NCBI GenBank assembly: GCA_965228875.1 | Contig: OZ245843.1 | Coordinates: forward strand, 3,454,616 to 3,518,615 | DNA: 64,000 nucleotides | Direction of reading: 5' to 3' | From: Thalassobaculaceae bacterium | GTDB lineage: Bacteria; Pseudomonadota; Alphaproteobacteria; Thalassobaculales; Thalassobaculaceae | Shown: positions 57,324-64,000 of the stretch, in pieces | How positions within the stretch are numbered: position 1 is the stretch's first letter | How the letters are laid out: the number at the start of each line of letters is the position of its first letter | Notes under the pieces: model-generated | Told to the model about the DNA's origin: nothing | Databases searched by the model: none | What the model saw: only the letters and a program-made list of their open reading frames with translations | Made by a program: the position numbers and the translations under genes

Positions 57324-58078
57324 TGCGGACCCTCCCCTGAGGCTGTGTCGGAGCGACGGTCGCGGGCGATGTCGAGGAACACGTCCTCCATGGTCCGCCG
57401 ACCGTACCTGTCCAGCAATTCCGCCGGACTGCCCCGGTCGACGATCCGCCCGGCCCGCAGCATCAGCACGTCGTCGCAGAGCCGTTCGACCTCCGCCATG
57501 TTGTGGGAGGCCAGCAGGATCGTCGCACCGGTCTCGGCCCGGTACTCCTCCAGATAGCGGCGCACCCAGTCGCCGGTATCCGGATCGAGGGAGGCCGTCG
57601 GCTCGTCCAGCAGCAGCAGATCCGGACGGTTCACCAGCGCCTTGGCCAGCGCCACTCGGGTCTTCTGTCCGGCCGACAGCTTCCCCGCCGGGCGGTCCAG
57701 CAGGTCCGCGATGTGCAGGCGATCGGCCAGTTCGCCGACCCGGCCCACGGCGTCGCCGACGCCGTAGAGCTCCGCGTACACCGTCAGGTTCTGCAGCACG
57801 GTCAGCCGGTGCGGCAGTTCCACATAGGGCGATGAGAAGTTCATGCGGTGGAGCACCGCGTAGCGGTCGCGCACGAGATCGTGGCCGAGCGCGCGGACGG
57901 TTCCCGAACTCGGCAGCAACAGGCCGAGCAGCATGGAGATCGTCGTCGTCTTGCCGGCGCCGTTGCCGCCCAGCAGGCCGGCCGTCGATCCAGGGGCGAC
58001 GGAGAAGGAGACGTCGTCGACCGCCCGCACCGGACCGAAGGTTTTCGTGAGGTTGCGGACCTCGAGGGCGGGTTCCAT
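57320..58078 (-). CDS. ABC exporter ATP-binding protein
   Basis: GGNGAGKTT, LSAGQ, LLDEPT, SH. Confidence 0.95.
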   Translation of the reverse strand: MEPALEVRNLTKTFGPVRAVDDVSFSVAPGSTAGLLGGNGAGKTTTISMLLGLLLPSSGTVRALGHDLVRDRYAVLHRMNFSSPYVELPHRLTVLQNLTVYAELYGVGDAVGRVGELADRLHIADLLDRPAGKLSAGQKTRVALAKALVNRPDLLLLDEPTASLDPDTGDWVRRYLEEYRAETGATILLASHNMAEVERLCDDVLMLRAGRIVDRGSPAELLDRYGRRTMEDVFLDIARDRRSDTASGEGPQ

Positions 58079-58185
58079 GGGCGGGCCAATGTCTGGAGAT
58101 GCCACCCGGGCGGCGGCGGGAGCCCGGACCATAAGCGCTGGATCCCGGCCTGGAAAGTTCGCAACGCCCGCGCCATTGTGAGGGC

Positions 58186-59523
58186 ATGAGTTTCGTTCAC
58201 GACAGTCTCGATCCGCAACGCCCGATCACCACCCGAACGGTCAGCGTGCGGACCCTGGTCGTCATCCGCTGGGTCGCCCTCGCGGGGCAGGTCGCCGCCC
58301 TGGTGATGGTCGCCTTCGGCCTCGGATCGCCGCTGCCCATGGCGCTGAGCCTCAGCGTGGTCGCCGTCTCGGCGCTGCTGAACCTGCGCCTGCAGCTGCG
58401 CCGAGACGGGCGCGAGCGGTTGCGCGAGAACGAGGCGGCGTTCTACCTCGCCTTCGACATCACGCAGCTCGCGATCCTGCTGTTCCTGACCGGCGGCCTG
58501 GAGAATCCCTTCGCCCTGATGATGCTTGCCCCGGTCACGGTGTCGGCGACCATCCTCGGCCGACGATCGACCATCAATCTGTGCCTGCTCGCCCTGGTCT
58601 GCGCGACGGTTCTGGCGATCACCCACTTCCCGCTGCCCTGGGCGGAGGAGGAATTCGCCCTGCCCGAGCTGTATGTCACGGGGATCTGGTGCGCCCTGGT
58701 GATCGCCCTGGTCTTCAACGCCGCCTATGCGTGGTGGGTGGCGGAGGAGGCGAGGCAGCTGTCGACCGCCCTGGCCGCGACCCAGCAGGCGCTTGCCCGC
58801 GAGCAGCGCATGGCGGCCATGGGTGGAATCGCCGCCGCCGCCGCCCACGAGCTGGGCAGCCCGCTCGCCACCATCGCCGTGGTCGCCCGGGAACTCGCCC
58901 GCGAGCTGCCGAAGGACAGCGACCTGTCCGAGGACGCCCGGCTCCTGCTGTCCGAAAGCCAGCGCTGCCGGGATATCCTGGCCAGCCTGGGCCGCGACCC
59001 GACGCCGGATTCGGGGCAGCCGTTTGCCGCCATCCCGATCGACGCGCTGGTCGAGCAGGCCGCCGCCCCGCACCAGCGCGAGGACGTGGCCGTGATCGTC
59101 GAGGTTCAGGACCGCGACGGTACCGGCGACGGCACCGGCGAGGGCGGGCCCAGCGACGTCGTCCCCGTCGTCGCCCCGAGCCCCGAACTGCTGCACGGCA
59201 TCGGCGCCTTCATCCAGAACGCCGTGCAGTTCGCCCGCGCGACCGTCGAGGTGGCGATCCTGGTCGGCCCGAAGGCGCTGACCATCACCATTGAGGATGA
59301 CGGACCCGGCTTCCCGCTCACCCTGCTCACCCGCCTCGGCGAACCGTACGTGTCCGGACGGGGCAACCGGGAGGGGCACATGGGGCTCGGCGTGTTCATT
59401 GCCATCACCCTGCTCAGCCGGACCGGCGCGGCGGTGGAGTTCGCCAACCGGCGCGAGGGCGGCGCCCGGGTCATCATCCGCTGGCCCGACGGGATCGCCC
59501 TTCAGGACGGGATCGGCCGCTGA
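58186..59523 (+). CDS. regB: RegB/PrrB/ActS redox sensor kinase
   Basis: TL..IRW, GGLENPF quinone motif, AAAAHELGSPL, RCR redox Cys, DDGPGF, GLG. Confidence 0.95.
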   Translation: MSFVHDSLDPQRPITTRTVSVRTLVVIRWVALAGQVAALVMVAFGLGSPLPMALSLSVVAVSALLNLRLQLRRDGRERLRENEAAFYLAFDITQLAILLFLTGGLENPFALMMLAPVTVSATILGRRSTINLCLLALVCATVLAITHFPLPWAEEEFALPELYVTGIWCALVIALVFNAAYAWWVAEEARQLSTALAATQQALAREQRMAAMGGIAAAAAHELGSPLATIAVVARELARELPKDSDLSEDARLLLSESQRCRDILASLGRDPTPDSGQPFAAIPIDALVEQAAAPHQREDVAVIVEVQDRDGTGDGTGEGGPSDVVPVVAPSPELLHGIGAFIQNAVQFARATVEVAILVGPKALTITIEDDGPGFPLTLLTRLGEPYVSGRGNREGHMGLGVFIAITLLSRTGAAVEFANRREGGARVIIRWPDGIALQDGIGR

Positions 59524-59616
59524 GGCCGCGCGGTGGCATCGCCGGGTGGACGCCGCTATACACGGTGGCGCAGAATACGCTGCGAACATGATCCATGCGG
59601 CGCATGGGAGCGTAAC

Positions 59617-60201
59617 ATGAGCATGATGATGGCCGACCAACCGGAAGCGAAGGCGCTGTGCGCGCCGAGCGGGGGCGACGCCTCCCTGCTGATCGTCGAC
59701 GACGACGCGCCGCTGCGCAACCGGCTTGGCCGGGCGATGGAGCGGCGCGGTTTCGACGTGCGCCTGGCGGAAACCGTCGAAGAGGGCGTCGCCGTCGCGC
59801 GACGCGACCGGCCGGCCTACGCCATCCTCGATCTTCGGCTGACGGACGGCAACGGGCTGGACATCGTCGCGGCCCTGCGCGACGCACGGGCCGATGCGCG
59901 GATCATCATGCTGACCGGCTACGGCAACATCGCCAGCGCCGTGGCCGCCGTGAAGGCCGGAGTGCTCGACTACCTGCCTAAGCCGGCGGATGCCGATGCC
60001 ATCACGGCCGCCCTCCTGGACCATGCTGACGCGCTGCCGCCGCCGCCGGAAAACCCGATGTCGGCCGACCGGGTCCGTTGGGAACATATCCAGCGGGTAT
60101 ACGAACAGTGCGACCGCAATGTCTCGGAGACCGCCCGGCGCCTGAAGATGCACCGCCGCACGCTGCAGCGGATTCTCGCCAAGCACGCGCCCCGGGATTA
60201 G
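59617..60201 (+). CDS. regA: RegA/PrrA/ActR response regulator
   Basis: LIVDDD, LTGYGNIA, PPENPMSADRVRWEHIQRVYE.C.RNVSETARRL.MHRRTLQRILAK. Confidence 0.97.
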   Translation: MSMMMADQPEAKALCAPSGGDASLLIVDDDAPLRNRLGRAMERRGFDVRLAETVEEGVAVARRDRPAYAILDLRLTDGNGLDIVAALRDARADARIIMLTGYGNIASAVAAVKAGVLDYLPKPADADAITAALLDHADALPPPPENPMSADRVRWEHIQRVYEQCDRNVSETARRLKMHRRTLQRILAKHAPRD

Positions 60202-60248
60202 AGTCAACCTCGCTTTAGATCTAATCGATCTGAAGCGATAACGCTCTA
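60199..60248. repeat. TAGAG...CTCTA-flanked palindromic element / bidirectional hairpin
   Basis: Inner stem TCGCTTTAGATC / GATCTGAAGCGA; outer TAGAG / CTCTA; includes the regA TAG. Confidence 0.6.
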
Positions 60249-60264
60249 CCGTCCGACCGTCGTG

Positions 60265-61506
60265 TCAGCCGACCCGGCCTTCCTGGGTCAGCAGCTTGTC
60301 GACGTAGCGCCCCTGATACATCGTGATGCCCAGCGACTGCCCGAAGCGGATCGCCTCGTCGCTGTCGCAGCGCGTCAGGATGATGCGGGCGCGGCCGCAC
60401 CGGTCGATATGCTCCTTCAGCTCGCTGGTCCGCGACCCGGACAGGTCGTCTGCCATGTCCGGCGACCAGATCAGCTTGAGGAGATCCAGGCCGAGCCGCT
60501 CGCGATCGATGAACTGCAGGGTCAGGTGGTTGAGACCGTCGAGACAGATGCGGTAGCCGCGCTCGCGCATGAAGTCGCGGGCGAACATGTAGGCGCCCAT
60601 GTCGCCGAAGATGTCGATCTTCTGCAGCTCGATGACCACGGTTCCGCGGGCGATCGCCTTCAGCGAACTGTCGAAGTTCAGGAAGGGCGGCGACAGGATG
60701 GTACCGACGTTCAGGTTGATGCTGAACGAACTGGCGATCGAGCTGTCGTCGTTCCGCACCAGCATGGACAGCATCCGGGAGTCCAGCGTCTGCGTCAGGT
60801 GCTGGAAGAGCCACAGGTTCGAGGCGAGGTCGAACTCCGGCAGGACCGACTGCTGCAGGTCTGCGATGGAGATGTACAGCTCGCGGAACACCGGCTGCGG
60901 GGTCATGTTGCCGGGGGTGATGGCGCAGACCGGCTGGCGGCGCATCAGGTTCGACAGGTCGGCGCGGCGCAGGAAGTTCTCCAGCTTGCCGAGCTGCTCC
61001 GGATCGAGCTGCTTGCGCGAGCCCTTGGTCCGCTGCTGGCCCTTCTCGCTAGCGACGGCGAGGCGCGCCTTGCGCTCGCGCTCGCGGTGCATCGACTTGA
61101 CCAGGTCGAGCAACTCGTCGTGCTGGGTCTCCACATTGTACCAGGTGCAGAACCGCGCGAGGTCCTCCTCCTCGTCGCCCTGGCTCAGCGGATCCTCGCT
61201 GAACAGGTAGCGGACCTTCATGATCGCGGCGTCGATATCCTCGATCGCGGCGTCCTTGCAGATGAAGAACAGGTCCATGTTCGAGAGGATGAAGATCTGC
61301 CCCTCGTAATTGTTGACCATGCCTTCGAATGTGGCCGCGGCGATGCGGATGTGGTGGTCCTGACGGTTCTGCGGACGCAGACGCGACAAGTGGATATGAA
61401 CCGCCATCCGGCCGTCGAGATTGCGTCCGAGTCGCTGCAGGTAGTCCAGCAGCAGGTATTCCTGACTCGGTCCACGCGATCTGTTCTGCGTTTGGCTTAG
61501 CGCCAT
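60265..61506 (-). CDS. Degenerate EAL-domain protein with a possible degenerate GGDEF-like N-terminus
   Basis: RQPV, SINLN, VIEL, GYRICLDG, DLLKL, GITMYQG follow EAL order, but catalytic motifs are altered. Confidence 0.75.
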   Translation of the reverse strand: MALSQTQNRSRGPSQEYLLLDYLQRLGRNLDGRMAVHIHLSRLRPQNRQDHHIRIAAATFEGMVNNYEGQIFILSNMDLFFICKDAAIEDIDAAIMKVRYLFSEDPLSQGDEEEDLARFCTWYNVETQHDELLDLVKSMHRERERKARLAVASEKGQQRTKGSRKQLDPEQLGKLENFLRRADLSNLMRRQPVCAITPGNMTPQPVFRELYISIADLQQSVLPEFDLASNLWLFQHLTQTLDSRMLSMLVRNDDSSIASSFSINLNVGTILSPPFLNFDSSLKAIARGTVVIELQKIDIFGDMGAYMFARDFMRERGYRICLDGLNHLTLQFIDRERLGLDLLKLIWSPDMADDLSGSRTSELKEHIDRCGRARIILTRCDSDEAIRFGQSLGITMYQGRYVDKLLTQEGRVG

Positions 61507-61714
61507 AGTAATCCCGTCTCGGTCATTCCGCCCATGTCATGCCCGCGCGAAGTACCCGAGCGGGATAAGAAGCTAGCATTGTCTGAAACCCAGGTAAACG
61601 CGGGCGTCGGCCGCGCGATCCGCAAAACTGCGCGGGTTTGCGCGAATCCGGGAGCGGCGGCCAGAACCCGCCCGGCCGCTCGCCCGCGCATCGGATCTTC
61701 GTGAACGCACCCGG

Positions 61715-64000
61715 TCAGAGCAGGGCCCACTCCGTCGGTACGGTGGACACCACCTCCAGGGTCGGGAGGTCGTCGTCGCCGACCTCGACGACCGCCAGAT
61801 CGCCCACATCGCTGTGCAGCAGCAGGTCGTGGGTGAGCGACGGCGCCAGCTCGTCGATCGCGGCGACCCGCCAGTCCGCCTCGACCGCGATCGAATCGTC
61901 CGCGGTGACCGTCGGGCCATCCATCTCCCAGACCGTGACGGTGTCGTTCGACCGCCACAGCACGTCGGCCTTGCCGTCGCCGGTGAAGTCGCCGAGCACG
62001 TCGGCCTGCCAGACCGGGTCGACCTCGTCGATCTCGGTGCTGGCGCCGATCGCATCGCCGTTCATCTGCCACAGCGCCACGCCACCCTCGGAGTCGCGGA
62101 GCAGGATGTCGTCCCGCCCGTCGCCGTCGAAGTCGGCGGTACCCAGGATCTCGGTCGTCGCGTCGAGCTCCAGCTCGCCGCCGACGCTCGGGCCGGCCGG
62201 ATCGGTGATGTCGCTCCAGACGACCAGTCCGCCGGTGGTCCCGTCGCGCCACAGCAGGTCCTGGCTGCCGTCGCCGTCGAAGTCACCGGTCCCCGCCAGC
62301 GTCAGGTCGCCGCCGACCGACAGGGCCGGACCGCCCGTGGCCGCGCCGTCGGCGCCGAGCTGCCAGACCGACACGGTGCCGGTCGAGGCATCGCTCAGTA
62401 GCAGGTCGTCGGTGCCGTCGCCGTCGAAGTCGCCGGTCGCCGCGACCGTGGCGTCGCCTGCGATGCCGCTGCGGGTTCCCTCTTCGGTGATGCCGGCGGC
62501 ATCGACGCCGACCACCGCCGTGACGCCGGTTGCCGTGTTCTGGATCAGCACCTCGTCATCGGCGCCATCGCCGTCGAAGTCGCCGGTCGCCAGCACCCGT
62601 TCGCCCGAGGCCAGGGCCCGGGTGTCGAGGACGGTGGCCCCGTCCCCGGTCACCTCGACGGCGCGGATCATGCCGTCCTCGCCCTGCATCGCCAGGACGG
62701 CGGCCGGATCGGCGTCCGCCTCCAGGCGCGGCAGCAGGTCGCGCACCGGCTCGTCGCCGAGCACGAGCTCGATATTGTCGATCAGCGCGCCGTAGCTGTC
62801 GGCGGCGCCGTCGGCATCGGCGCCGACGAACGAGATCGTGTGCTCCCCGACCTCGAGGTTCAGGCTCACCACGTCGCTGTGCCAGCTGGTCGCCGCGTTG
62901 GTCTGCGTATAGACCGTCTGCCCGTCGATCTCGATGCTGAACTCGCTCGTCCCCGCCGCATCCCCGCCATGCTGACGGGCGGCGAAGTCGAAGGACAGGG
63001 TGTGCAGGCCGGCATCCTGGATGGTGAAGGCCTGCGTCACCTTGGCATTGGTGTCGCCGGGTTGCGCGCCCAGGTCCGGATGGCTGTCGAGTTCGAGGAC
63101 CTGGTTGTCGGCCTCCCAGCCCACCGGGTTGCTCGGCGCGCCGCCCACGCGGCCCTGCTGGATCTCGATCGGAGCGGTGCCCACCACCAGCGGTGTGGCG
63201 TCCTCCGCGACCCAGCCCTGGATCTCGGCGAAGGTGCCCCAGCTACCGTGGTTCAGCGCCGGCGTGGTCTCGAAGTCGGCGTTCAGCAGGAAGTTGACGC
63301 CGGCACCCGGGCCTTCCTGGCCGCCGATCACCAGCTTCTCCACACCCTCCACATCGACCCCGTCGAGGTCGTCGATCGTGTCGATATAGACCGTGTCGAA
63401 GCCGTCGCCGCCGACCAGAGCGGTATCGCCCGGGCCGCCGTAGAGCACGTCGTCGCCGGCGCCGCCGGAGAGCGCGTCGTTGCCGGCGCCGCCGCTCAGG
63501 ACATCGTCGCCGTCGCCGCCGTAGATCGTGTCGTCGCCAGCGCGCCCGGAGATCGTGTCATTGCCGGTGGTGCTGAGCAGAACGTCGTCGCCCGAGGAAC
63601 CGACACGCGCCAGCAGGTTGCGCGACGGCTCGGTCCCGGAGACCAGCTCGATATTGTCGATCAGCGCCCCGTGGCGGTCCTCGCGCAGGGTGCCGAGCAG
63701 CCCGATGGTGTGCTCGCCGACGCCAAGGTCCAGGGTGAGGAAATCGCTGACCCAGGCGTGTGGCGCCTCTTCCTGGCTGTAGACCACCTCGCCGTCGATC
63801 AGGATGTCGAAACCGCTGGTCTCGGCGGTGCGGCCGGCGAACTGACGGGCCGCGTAGTCGAAGGACAGGGTGTAGGTGCCCTCGTTGAACACGGTAAAGG
63901 TCTGCTCGACCAGGGCGTTGTTGTTGTTGACCGGTTGACCGCCCGCCTCCGGCCCGGAGTCGAGCTCGAGCACATTGTTACCGGCTTCCCAGCCGTCCGG
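61715..64000 (-). CDS. Large RTX/FG-GAP calcium-binding secreted protein, 5' end outside window
   Basis: GGxGxDxL nonapeptides, five GDFDGDG-type repeats, duplicated beta-sandwich domain; frame is open to 64000. Confidence 0.9.
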   Translation of the reverse strand, partial: PDGWEAGNNVLELDSGPEAGGQPVNNNNALVEQTFTVFNEGTYTLSFDYAARQFAGRTAETSGFDILIDGEVVYSQEEAPHAWVSDFLTLDLGVGEHTIGLLGTLREDRHGALIDNIELVSGTEPSRNLLARVGSSGDDVLLSTTGNDTISGRAGDDTIYGGDGDDVLSGGAGNDALSGGAGDDVLYGGPGDTALVGGDGFDTVYIDTIDDLDGVDVEGVEKLVIGGQEGPGAGVNFLLNADFETTPALNHGSWGTFAEIQGWVAEDATPLVVGTAPIEIQQGRVGGAPSNPVGWEADNQVLELDSHPDLGAQPGDTNAKVTQAFTIQDAGLHTLSFDFAARQHGGDAAGTSEFSIEIDGQTVYTQTNAATSWHSDVVSLNLEVGEHTISFVGADADGAADSYGALIDNIELVLGDEPVRDLLPRLEADADPAAVLAMQGEDGMIRAVEVTGDGATVLDTRALASGERVLATGDFDGDGADDEVLIQNTATGVTAVVGVDAAGITEEGTRSGIAGDATVAATGDFDGDGTDDLLLSDASTGTVSVWQLGADGAATGGPALSVGGDLTLAGTGDFDGDGSQDLLWRDGTTGGLVVWSDITDPAGPSVGGELELDATTEILGTADFDGDGRDDILLRDSEGGVALWQMNGDAIGASTEIDEVDPVWQADVLGDFTGDGKADVLWRSNDTVTVWEMDGPTVTADDSIAVEADWRVAAIDELAPSLTHDLLLHSDVGDLAVVEVGDDDLPTLEVVSTVPTEWALL

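Overview
High-GC alphaproteobacterial chromosome segment (Rhodospirillales-like, inferred from gene content: TamAB, RegBA, GapR/DUF2312, DUF1491, stand-alone PAS_5 proteins, fused IOR). About 58 CDS. I see no tRNA/rRNA, CRISPR array, integrase or transposase. Main blocks: a BMP-type nucleoside ABC/salvage operon interrupted by a translationally coupled dGTPase and carrying a GNAT; a LysR-TauD-GMC catabolic unit; a Zur-box-preceded hisI paralog plus gamma-carbonic anhydrase; an XRE-HTH/small-ORF divergon with twin operators; tamAB; a TAXI-TRAP transporter; gshA-rsmE behind an NTF2-like gene with a perfect LexA box; cob nucleotide-loop genes; regBA; a degenerate GGDEF/EAL-like protein; and the 3' part of an RTX/FG-GAP protein. 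The most notable signals are the dGTPase embedded in the nucleoside uptake operon, three regulatory motifs readable directly in the DNA (Zur, LexA, XRE operators), and recurrent 12-13 bp tandem micro-repeats. All family assignments come from motif recognition; no database searches were run.
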